From assembly GCA_902582695.1 (NCBI GenBank), contig CACHTH010000006.1:929-64928 (forward strand): a DNA stretch of 64,000 nucleotides, in the 5' to 3' direction. Below the pieces are notes generated by a model. It made no database searches. It saw only the letters and a program-made list of their open reading frames with translations, and was not told the origin of the DNA. The position numbers and the translations under genes are program-made. This DNA is from an uncultured Candidatus Actinomarina sp. GTDB taxonomy: Bacteria > Actinomycetota > Acidimicrobiia > Actinomarinales > Actinomarinaceae. Below, one piece after another: positions 40,543-48,205 of the stretch (the first letter of the stretch is position 1; each line of letters starts with the position of its first letter).

Positions 40543-41568
40543 TTATAGCCAAGATTTGTTGTTTAAGTACCAATCAACAGTTTCATCAATTCCTTTTTCA
40601 AAATCTCTGTCAAACACTCCCCCTAGATTAGTCAAAAGTGTGTTATCTAGTCCATATTTTATATCATGACCAGGCCTGTCGGGATCTTTATTTTGAAGCT
40701 GAAATTTAAAATCTTTGTTTAGTTTTTTTGAAATTAATTCTGCTACTTCAAGATTGCTAATTAGGCTCGCACCTGTAATGTTGACTTTTGTAGGTTCTTT
40801 TTTCTGAGCTTCATAAGCCTTCTCTCTAACAGTTGAAAAGTTTTTTGTTAAAAACAATATTGACTTAACTAAATCCTGGTTATAAATGTAATACCTACTG
40901 CCAGGAATATTATTTGAATCAGTATGAATTAAAATTTCTTCATCGTTGAGTATTTTCTTAATAGTATTAGGAATAAATTTTTCTGAATGCTGCCTTTCGC
41001 CGTAAACATTAGAGCAATGTGTTATTAAGGATGGTATTGAATATGTATTAGCATATGCAATTGTTAGCTCTTCAGCTGCTGCTTTAGTTGCCGAATAAGG
41101 ATTTTTAGAGTTATAACGGTCCCATTCTAAAAATTTTACATCTGCCTCAGACGGACCAAACACTTCATCCGTACTGAAGTAATAAAATAATTCAAGATTT
41201 TCTAATTTTCTAGCAAATTCTAATAAATTAAATGTTCCTAAAATATTGTCTTGAACAAAAACTAATGGGTTTTTAACAGATCTGGTTACATGAGAAGATG
41301 CACCTATGTGAAGGATTATGTTTACTTCTGATAGCTTATCAATTATTCCTTCATGGGGCTCGGCTTTTAAGTCGTGATAAAAAAAGTTTACTCTTTTTTT
41401 AGAATCCTCGTCTACTTCTCCAAGTACTTCGTTAATCCTCTCAAGGTTTCCAGCATAACTTAATCTGTCTATAACAATTAAATTCCAATCAGTGTTGACC
41501 AAAATTTCTTTAATCACTAGATGACCAATAAAACCTGCTCCACCGGTTAATAAAACATTTTTACTCAT
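40543..41568 (-). CDS. NDP-sugar 4,6-dehydratase/epimerase (RfbB-like extended SDR)
   Basis: VLLTGGAGFIGHLV, IDRLSYAGNLERI and YSATKAAAE blocks. Confidence 0.7.
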   Translation of the reverse strand: MSKNVLLTGGAGFIGHLVIKEILVNTDWNLIVIDRLSYAGNLERINEVLGEVDEDSKKRVNFFYHDLKAEPHEGIIDKLSEVNIILHIGASSHVTRSVKNPLVFVQDNILGTFNLLEFARKLENLELFYYFSTDEVFGPSEADVKFLEWDRYNSKNPYSATKAAAEELTIAYANTYSIPSLITHCSNVYGERQHSEKFIPNTIKKILNDEEILIHTDSNNIPGSRYYIYNQDLVKSILFLTKNFSTVREKAYEAQKKEPTKVNITGASLISNLEVAELISKKLNKDFKFQLQNKDPDRPGHDIKYGLDNTLLTNLGGVFDRDFEKGIDETVDWYLNNKSWL

Positions 41569-41578
41569 TGCAGATTAT

Positions 41579-41604
41579 GCAGAATCGAACTGCTAGTTCA
41601 TTTT
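41579..41604 (-). repeat. degraded relic of the tRNA-Phe T-arm plus adjacent junction sequence
   Basis: GCAGAATCGAACTGC (41579-41593) equals 47143-47157 and 48135-48149. The directly following TAGTTCATTTT (41594-41604) equals 47198-47208. Confidence 0.6.
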
Positions 41605-41757
41605 GAAACGAACAACCGTTTAACCTTTAATTATTCTAACTCAACTTCATTTGAATGTATATGAAAACTTCTTGCTTACAAGAGAAATTAAATTAATTTA
41701 AATTTTTCTTCTTATTAAATAAGATTGTTAGAATATTATGATTCGTTGAATTTAAAT

Positions 41758-44301
41758 ATGAAAAAAATTGTAATTACAGGCGGTCTTGGCTACATAGGAA
41801 TGGAACTTTGTAAAGTTTATTCTGGAGATACAAGGAACTTTTCAGTAACAGTCTTAGATAGGTCTTTCTTTTCATCAAGAATAAGTCAGCTTAGAAAATG
41901 GGGTATAGATTTTAAACAAATGGATATCCTTGATGAAGAAAGTATTAAAGAAGCAGTTAAGGATGCTGACATCATATATCATCTTACCGAAATAACGGAT
42001 GTTGGAACTACTATAAAAGACAAAGATCCCATAAGAGATAAGCAAATTATGGATGTTGCCGTAAATGGTACTAAAAATATACTTAAACATAGTAAAGATG
42101 ATGTAAAAATAGTATTCCCATCTAGCCATGTTGTTTTTGAAGGTCTAAAAAAGCAGGAACTTAATATCAAAGAAGACTTTGAACCCTCTCCTGTACTTCC
42201 TTATTCAAAAGGAAAGTTCTTTTCAGAAAATAATATAAGAAAGTCAAATAAAAACTATGTAATTTTAAGATTAGGGTCAGTTTACGGTCTTTCCTTTGAT
42301 TCAATGAGATTGAACACAGTAACAAATCTTTTTGCAAAAATTTCAGCATCAAATGGTCAATTAAGTTTATTCGCAAAAGGTGTTCAATTAAAAAGTCTTG
42401 TTTCAGTTGTAGATGTTGCAAGGTGTATGAAGTTTGTTGGGGAAAACAATGAAATAAATAAAGAAATATATCATGTAGCAAATGAATCAGTAACAATAAA
42501 ACAGCTTGCTGAAGTTTGTAAAAAAGTAAACAAAAATTTAATTTTAAAAAGTACAAATGACGATATACCAAATAATGGATACACACTCTCTAATCAAAAA
42601 ATTAAAAAAACCGGTTTTAAGTTTTTATACAATCTGAAGCATTCTGTTGAAGAAATGCACCAGGCTTGGATGAAAAGGGAAATAAGTTTATCAAATGAAG
42701 TAATTGAAATTGGTCAAGATGATTTTATTGACGATAGGGGTATTATTTCAAATTACTATTTCGACGATAGTATAAATATGATTGGATATGTTGAATCAAA
42801 AAAACATACTTTAAGAGGTAACCACTATCATCCGATACAAACTCAGAAGTGCCTTTTAGTAAAAGGTTTATATATAAGTGTTACAAAAAATTTAAAAGAT
42901 CCCAACTCTGTAGTTGAAACAAGATTAGTCAGAGCAGGTGAACTTTCAACAATACCACCTAATGTATCTCATACAATGATTTTTCTTGAAGACTCAATGC
43001 TATTAAATTTGGTAAACGGTGAAAGAGATCATAAAAATTATGGGATAACTCATACTATTCCACACAAGCTTGTAGATGAAAAGCTTTTTAAAAATTTAAT
43101 TGAGAGTTACAAAGTGGATTGTAGAGTTTGTGGAGGAGGTTTCACTCACTATCTTTCACTAGGTCTTTCACCTCTAGCAAATAATCTGAATGACAAAAAA
43201 AATACTCAGAACGACCTGTACCCACTAGATCTGAATTTTTGTACTCAGTGCTCAAATTCACAACTAAGTGTTGTTGTTCCACCAGAAAAAATGTTTGATA
43301 ATTACTTTTACTTATCTTCTACTTCTAAGCAATTTAGAGACCATTTTATAAAATTTGCAACGGAGTTAAAAACTAATTTAAAGTTAAACAAAAACTCTGT
43401 TGTCGTTGATATTGGAAGTAACGATGGTATATTTTTAGATCCCATTCAAAAATTAGGAATTAAAGCTGTTGGGGTTGAGCCAGCAAAAAATGTTGCCAAA
43501 ATTGCAAATTCAAACAAACTTACAACATTTCCTGAATATTTTAATAAAAAAACAGTAACAAAGATCGTAAAAAAATATGGAAAAGTTGATGTAGTAACTG
43601 CGTTTAATGTTTTTGCTCATGGTGATGGACTTCGAGAAATTTTAGAAAATGCTGAAAGTATGTTAAAAAAAGATGGAGAATTTATTTTTGAAATCCAGTA
43701 TTTATTAAGAACCATAAAAGATTTAACCTTTGACAATGTTTACCATGAACATGTAAATTATTGGTGTTTATTGTCAATTTTGAACTTTTTTGAAAACTCA
43801 AATATGAAAGTGTACAAAGTAAAGGAAGTAGACACACATGGTGGATCACTAAGAGTTTATACCACTAAAAATAAAAATAAACGAATGGATAAGAGTGTAA
43901 ATAAATATATAGAAATAGAAAAGAAAAATAAATTAGACAAAATTGAAACATATTATCAATTTGCAAAAAATGTAGAAAATATAAAATCAAGTTCATTAAA
44001 AAATATAAAAGAAATATTAGAAAATAATGAGAAAATTATTGGGTATGGGGCTCCTGCAAAAGCAACTACTGTTCTAAATTATTTTGGAATAAATGAATCA
44101 TATTTTGAATATGTACTTGAAGATAGTGAAATAAAACATGACAAATTTATCCCTGAAACAAATATACAAATCAAATCAAAAGAAGCAATAAATGTAGACA
44201 GCTATGAATATATTCTTGTTTTGGCCTGGAACTTTTTTGATTCAATTGTTAAAAATAATAAAAATAAATTTCCAAAAAGTAAGTTTATTAAATTAAAATA
44301 A
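41758..44301 (+). CDS. three-domain fusion: extended SDR + cupin + zinc-ribbon NDP-hexose C-methyltransferase
   Basis: N-terminus: IVITGGLGYIG and YSKGK. Middle: cupin RGNHYHPIQTQK...PPNVSHT. C-terminus: CRVC...CTQC zinc ribbon, VVDIGSNDG SAM motif, and a tail like TylC3-type C-methyltransferases. A TTG at 41725 is an alternative start. Confidence 0.75.
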   Translation: MKKIVITGGLGYIGMELCKVYSGDTRNFSVTVLDRSFFSSRISQLRKWGIDFKQMDILDEESIKEAVKDADIIYHLTEITDVGTTIKDKDPIRDKQIMDVAVNGTKNILKHSKDDVKIVFPSSHVVFEGLKKQELNIKEDFEPSPVLPYSKGKFFSENNIRKSNKNYVILRLGSVYGLSFDSMRLNTVTNLFAKISASNGQLSLFAKGVQLKSLVSVVDVARCMKFVGENNEINKEIYHVANESVTIKQLAEVCKKVNKNLILKSTNDDIPNNGYTLSNQKIKKTGFKFLYNLKHSVEEMHQAWMKREISLSNEVIEIGQDDFIDDRGIISNYYFDDSINMIGYVESKKHTLRGNHYHPIQTQKCLLVKGLYISVTKNLKDPNSVVETRLVRAGELSTIPPNVSHTMIFLEDSMLLNLVNGERDHKNYGITHTIPHKLVDEKLFKNLIESYKVDCRVCGGGFTHYLSLGLSPLANNLNDKKNTQNDLYPLDLNFCTQCSNSQLSVVVPPEKMFDNYFYLSSTSKQFRDHFIKFATELKTNLKLNKNSVVVDIGSNDGIFLDPIQKLGIKAVGVEPAKNVAKIANSNKLTTFPEYFNKKTVTKIVKKYGKVDVVTAFNVFAHGDGLREILENAESMLKKDGEFIFEIQYLLRTIKDLTFDNVYHEHVNYWCLLSILNFFENSNMKVYKVKEVDTHGGSLRVYTTKNKNKRMDKSVNKYIEIEKKNKLDKIETYYQFAKNVENIKSSSLKNIKEILENNEKIIGYGAPAKATTVLNYFGINESYFEYVLEDSEIKHDKFIPETNIQIKSKEAINVDSYEYILVLAWNFFDSIVKNNKNKFPKSKFIKLK

Positions 44302-44309
44302 TTTGCTTT

Positions 44310-45038
44310 TTAATCTAAATTAAATTTCTTTAATATCTCTGAATAATTTTTTTTATAAAGATCAAAATCTTCATATACTTTATTATCAATATCATCTGGT
44401 ACAGCTTTTTGTGATTTATAACTGCTTTTCAAGCTTTTTGGCTCTGGAATTTTAAATTCATCATTCAATATTGTATGTAAATGTTTCATTTCTAAATAAA
44501 ATAATTTTGAGTCAACGTCAAATATTGTATCCTGCCTGTCAACCTCAATTGATTCTTTATATACTTTCATACCTACATCTATGTTTTCATCTATTAAATG
44601 AGTTGTTATCCCCTGGGGAATGTTATTAAAAACTGCCCACTTTATTGTGTCAAGACCTCTATTTTCAGGAAGTAGTCCACGATGAAAATTAAAAATACCT
44701 CCTGGAAAACAATCTATTACCTTTTTAGATAGTATTCTTGCACCGAGAATTATTCCGTAATCTGGTTTTATATTCTTATAAAAATCTATAGCCTCATCTG
44801 AGTTATGCATTCCAACAAAAGTTTTCCAGCCATATGCTTTACCTACATCTGTTGGGTTCAAAATCTCACTTTCAAAAACTTCTTTTCTATTTTTAGATTT
44901 CCTAAATTTTAATTCAATCCATGGTTGACTTACGATATATATATTTTGAAATTTTGAATTTTTTATTATCTGCATACCAGTTAAAGATTTTCTATGAGGA
45001 AAATCGTAAGTAAAAACTACTATTTTTTCATTATTCAT
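44310..45038 (-). CDS. sugar N-formyltransferase (Fmt/ArnA-N-like)
   Basis: FNFHRGLLPENRGLD (N-x-H...LLP-x-x-RG) and HLIDENIDVGMKV (D-x-x-x-D-x-G) formyltransferase motifs. 242 aa. Confidence 0.7.
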   Translation of the reverse strand: MNNEKIVVFTYDFPHRKSLTGMQIIKNSKFQNIYIVSQPWIELKFRKSKNRKEVFESEILNPTDVGKAYGWKTFVGMHNSDEAIDFYKNIKPDYGIILGARILSKKVIDCFPGGIFNFHRGLLPENRGLDTIKWAVFNNIPQGITTHLIDENIDVGMKVYKESIEVDRQDTIFDVDSKLFYLEMKHLHTILNDEFKIPEPKSLKSSYKSQKAVPDDIDNKVYEDFDLYKKNYSEILKKFNLD

Positions 45039-45052
45039 ATACTCAATATTAT

Positions 45053-46411
45053 TTACGGTAAATAATTAAACGGGAAATGTGATAAATAACTTTGGAAATT
45101 ATGAAAATAGATAATTACAAATATTAACAAAATTGTATTAAAAATTTTTAAATTTATCTTTTTCAAATCATTGAAATAAATTGAGGCTAAAAAAACTAAT
45201 AAATGAAACGCTTGAATGATGTAAGTAGATTTAATGGTGTCCCCAGTTGAATTTGGATACGCAATTGCAAATAACAAATATCCAAAAATACTTGTTAGAA
45301 AAGCTAGGTTAACATATTTAACTAAAAGTGTGGATTTGTATTTCTTGTAAGAAAAATAACAAAAAATGATTATGATAACTGAGGTAATGATAGAGACTAT
45401 ATTAACTCTCGCTAAGTAATCTCCTATAAGTGTCTGCTCTCTTCCTATATCTAAAAATCTTGAAGTAAATGAAAAATATCCCCAATAATCTCCCCATAAG
45501 TCAGAATATAGTATTGAGATAAATTGATTATCTAAATTTGGTCTGATGGGTTTTGAAAACAAATATGTCAGTTGGGCTGAACTTGGAATATAGAAAGTAA
45601 GATCTTGATTCATAAGAGACACGCCTTTTGATTCCATATTGAAAGCAGCAAAAGAACCATATCTTATATAAAGTCCAATGTAGAACCATCCTGATAACAA
45701 AGCACCTATTACTGCGCTTAAAGACCAAAAAATTAAATATTGCTTTTTATGTGTTTTGTTAAACAATAAAATAATCAAAGGTACAAATAATAAAAATCCC
45801 CATTGTCTACTTAGTGCAATGCCTGCAATAACTAATCCACTTAAAAAAACAAACTTAAAACTAAATAAATAATCATTACTTTCAACCTTATAAATAATAA
45901 GTAAGAACAAGCTAAGGAAAAATAAAATATATGGCTCACCCCGAATCATAGATATAGTTCTATAATTTACAGCCAACAAAGAAACCAGTATTAAATAGCT
46001 AACATTGAAAATGCTTTTTGATTTATTAAATAATTTTAGAGTGTAAAGGTTTATCAGTACTGTTGCTATGTACATTATAGACTGGAATATTTGCGTCATA
46101 TTACCGTAAATTGGTCGACAGTCTGATAGTAAATCATTTGAATCTAACAAATTTCTGCAAAAAACTTGTACAATTGACGGGAAAAAATATGCTAGTGGAG
46201 GATTAAAAAATTCTCTTGTTTCAATCTGAGTAGGTAATTTAATTTCTCTAGGAAGATATCTAGATAGGTAATCTACATATCTAAAATGTGCTTCTGCATC
46301 ATATCCCAAGATAGGATTGAAATAAAGAATGTTATAAATCAAAACAAAAAATGTTGAAAAACTAATTACAGCAAAGATTACAATGGAAAAATCTAGTTTA
46401 ATATTTTTCAT
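45053..46411 (-). CDS. GT-C-type (ArnT/PMT-like) membrane glycosyltransferase
   Basis: 452 aa, polytopic, with an acidic first loop (GYDAEAHFRYVDY). Its start overlaps the upstream GT2 stop by 4 nt. Confidence 0.55.
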   Translation of the reverse strand: MKNIKLDFSIVIFAVISFSTFFVLIYNILYFNPILGYDAEAHFRYVDYLSRYLPREIKLPTQIETREFFNPPLAYFFPSIVQVFCRNLLDSNDLLSDCRPIYGNMTQIFQSIMYIATVLINLYTLKLFNKSKSIFNVSYLILVSLLAVNYRTISMIRGEPYILFFLSLFLLIIYKVESNDYLFSFKFVFLSGLVIAGIALSRQWGFLLFVPLIILLFNKTHKKQYLIFWSLSAVIGALLSGWFYIGLYIRYGSFAAFNMESKGVSLMNQDLTFYIPSSAQLTYLFSKPIRPNLDNQFISILYSDLWGDYWGYFSFTSRFLDIGREQTLIGDYLARVNIVSIITSVIIIIFCYFSYKKYKSTLLVKYVNLAFLTSIFGYLLFAIAYPNSTGDTIKSTYIIQAFHLLVFLASIYFNDLKKINLKIFNTILLIFVIIYFHNFQSYLSHFPFNYLP

Positions 46412-47103
46412 TTAAATTTATATATTGCAAAAATATACTTGAAACCATCCATGAGTTTTATTTTTTTTCCATCTGCATAACTTCTTCCATTATAGGATAT
46501 TGGAATCTCCTTAAAATTATTAGTTTGAGATATTGCTTTAGCTATCAATTCAATTTCAATTGAAAAATCATTTTTTTCAATATTAATATTTTTAATAATT
46601 TCTCTCTTAAATACTTTTAAACAAGTAGCAACATCTGTAATTTTAGTTTTATATACATACGAAAATAAGCGACTCATTAATTTATTTGCTATAGAAGTTC
46701 TTAAGTAAATGTTGTTTCGCGTTTTGTTTCCAATAAATCTTGAACCACAAATAAAATTAAGACTTTCCCTTCTTATGCAAACAATTAAATCATTTAAATC
46801 TTCTGAAGAGTATTCAAGATCAGCATCAAAAATACCTATAATACCTCCTGATGCCTCTTTAATACCAATATTTACAGCAAATCCTTTTCCTCTATTTTTG
46901 TCAAAATTAATTAACTTTATTAACTCATATTTTTTTTCTAAATTTAATGCAATTTCTTTAGATTTATCTGTTGAACCGTCATTCACTAAAATGATTTCTT
47001 TTTTAAATTGTTCATTAACTAATCTAAGAACGGCTTTTTCCAAAGTGGCCTCTTCATTGTAAAAAGGTACAATTATAGAATTTAAATCTTTTGAAAAAGT
47101 CAT
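46408..47103 (-). CDS. GT2 polyprenyl-phosphate sugar synthase-like (Dpm1/ArnC-like, soluble)
   Basis: SIIVPFYNEEATLE, LVNDGSTDKS, NRGKGFAVNIG and FDADLEYS blocks. Confidence 0.75.
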   Translation of the reverse strand: MTFSKDLNSIIVPFYNEEATLEKAVLRLVNEQFKKEIILVNDGSTDKSKEIALNLEKKYELIKLINFDKNRGKGFAVNIGIKEASGGIIGIFDADLEYSSEDLNDLIVCIRRESLNFICGSRFIGNKTRNNIYLRTSIANKLMSRLFSYVYKTKITDVATCLKVFKREIIKNINIEKNDFSIEIELIAKAISQTNNFKEIPISYNGRSYADGKKIKLMDGFKYIFAIYKFK

Positions 47104-47132
47104 AATGTCAATTCTAGTAAGTAATTAATACA

Positions 47133-47176
47133 GTGGCCAGAGGCAGAATCGAACTGCCGACCCCTTGTTTTTCAGA
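47133..47176 (-). repeat. orphan 3' fragment of tRNA-Phe (att-like direct repeat)
   Basis: 44/44 identity with 48125-48168 (anticodon loop through 3' end of tRNA-Phe plus 1 nt), in the same orientation. No 5' half is present. Confidence 0.9.
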
Positions 47177-47291
47177 TATGGGCTAACCATTTGACCTTAG
47201 TTCATTTTACATTAACTTACTTTAAATATCGCTACTTACTAGAGGCTTTATTCGAGCAACTAGAGTATCTACAAACAACTGTCGTAAAGTG

Positions 47292-47316
47292 ATGTGTGCG
47301 ATTTGTGTGCGGTTTT
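47292..47316 (+). repeat. tandem TGTGTGCG(G/A)TTT motif, copy A
   Basis: ATGTGTGCGATTTGTGTGCGGTTTT. A near-identical copy lies at 48058-48083. Confidence 0.8.
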
Positions 47317-47353
47317 TTATAAGCATTTGATAACATTGTCAACTCAATTCAAC

Positions 47354-47390
47354 AGGGTCAAGAATCCCAAGAGGGTCAAGAGGGTCAGAA
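47354..47390 (+). repeat. three AGGGTCA(A)GA decamers upstream of the GNAT gene
   Basis: AGGGTCAAGA at 47354 and 47372, AGGGTCAGAA at 47381. About 70-110 nt upstream of the GTG start. Confidence 0.6.
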
Positions 47391-47462
47391 AATATTATAC
47401 AAAGAATATATACATTCTCTGCTCGCTATATTTGAGATATAGATAATTTTTGGGGGTGCTCA

Positions 47463-47906
47463 GTGGTTTCAATTCGTCCGTTAAGTGTGTCAGATTATGA
47501 TGATTGGTTAGAGGTTTATAGAGTTTATGCAGAACACTACCAATCAGAACTAACTGAAGAGGGGGTGTCTACAACTTGGAATTGGTTGATGGATAACGAA
47601 AACCCTCTGACTGGAATTGTTGCCGATTTTGACGGCAAATTGATTGGTCTCGCACATTTCAGGGCATTACCTAATCCACTTAGAGCGATAAATGTAGGTT
47701 TTTTGCATGATTTAGTGGTTATACCTCAAGAGAGAGGAAGCGATACCGCACAACTTTTGATAGATGAAATAAAATCAATCGGCAAACGAGAGAAATGGAC
47801 AAAAATCCGATGGAATACAAAAGATGATAATTATCGTGCCCGAGCATTTTATGACAAAGTTGCGACAAAAACTAATTGGACTGTGTATGAAATAGAATTG
47901 GACTAA
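47463..47906 (+). CDS. GNAT-family N-acetyltransferase
   Basis: 147 aa with the acetyl-CoA binding block LVVIPQERGSDTAQLLIDEI (Q/R-x-x-G-x-G/A-like). GTG start preceded by GGGGGTG. Confidence 0.7.
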   Translation: MVSIRPLSVSDYDDWLEVYRVYAEHYQSELTEEGVSTTWNWLMDNENPLTGIVADFDGKLIGLAHFRALPNPLRAINVGFLHDLVVIPQERGSDTAQLLIDEIKSIGKREKWTKIRWNTKDDNYRARAFYDKVATKTNWTVYEIELD

Positions 47907-47921
47907 ATAACCCCCCCCTAA

Positions 47922-47946
47922 ATACCTCTGAAAGGAACAGAGGTAT
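47922..47946 (+). terminator. hairpin downstream of GNAT (9-bp stem, 7-nt loop, no U-tract)
   Basis: ATACCTCTG-aaaggaa-CAGAGGTAT, 16 nt after the stop codon. Confidence 0.3.
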
Positions 47947-48057
47947 GGACATACATCAAAATATTGAAATAATATATTCCGACTTTCTCTAAAAATACCC
48001 ATTACTTATGCGACGCTAAAGAGGGTATGTAATCTCAACTTACTTGGCTAAAAGTCA

Positions 48058-48083
48058 ATGTGTGCGGTTTTGTGTGCGGTTTT
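48058..48083 (+). repeat. tandem TGTGTGCGGTTT motif, copy B
   Basis: ATGTGTGCGGTTTTGTGTGCGGTTTT, 41 nt from the tRNA-Phe 3' end. Confidence 0.8.
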
Positions 48084-48125
48084 AACTAGTTTGTTTGTGA
48101 AGACCAATAGAGCCTATGTTTATTG

Positions 48126-48198
48126 TGGCCAGAGGCAGAATCGAACTGCCGACCCCTTGTTTTTCAGACAAGTGCTCTACCGACTGAGCTATCTGGCC
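48126..48198 (-). tRNA. tRNA-Phe (GAA)
   Basis: The reverse complement folds as a 73-nt cloverleaf: GGCCAGA/TCTGGCC acceptor, anticodon loop CTGAAAA, T-loop TTCGATT. CCA is not encoded. Confidence 0.9.
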
Positions 48199-48205
48199 AA
48201 TTTAG

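Larger units (their letters stand above)
47133..48168. mobile_element. putative decayed tRNA-Phe-integrated cassette (GNAT cargo, no integrase)
   Basis: Bounded by the 44-bp direct repeats. Visibly higher G+C than the flanks, with internal arm-like repeats at both ends. Confidence 0.45.

Noticed and set aside
41875-42586. Three minus-strand ORFs (84, 63 and 139 aa) inside the fusion gene. Similar short antisense ORFs occur elsewhere, for example 1249-1431, 8419-8688, 9036-9284, 13014-13271, 46709-47062, 61020-61364 and 61473-61736.
   Set aside because: They lie antisense to ORFs with clear domain homology. Their translations are low-complexity, as expected from AT-rich DNA with few stops on the complementary strand.
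47463-47906. GNAT as the toxin of a GNAT/RHH toxin-antitoxin pair
   Set aside because: There is no small antitoxin ORF upstream or overlapping. The 286-bp upstream region is non-coding and repeat-rich.
47911-47918. C8 homopolymer just after the GNAT stop codon
   Set aside because: It is striking in AT-rich DNA, but it is non-coding and single-copy. It is probably just a compositional feature of the foreign cassette.
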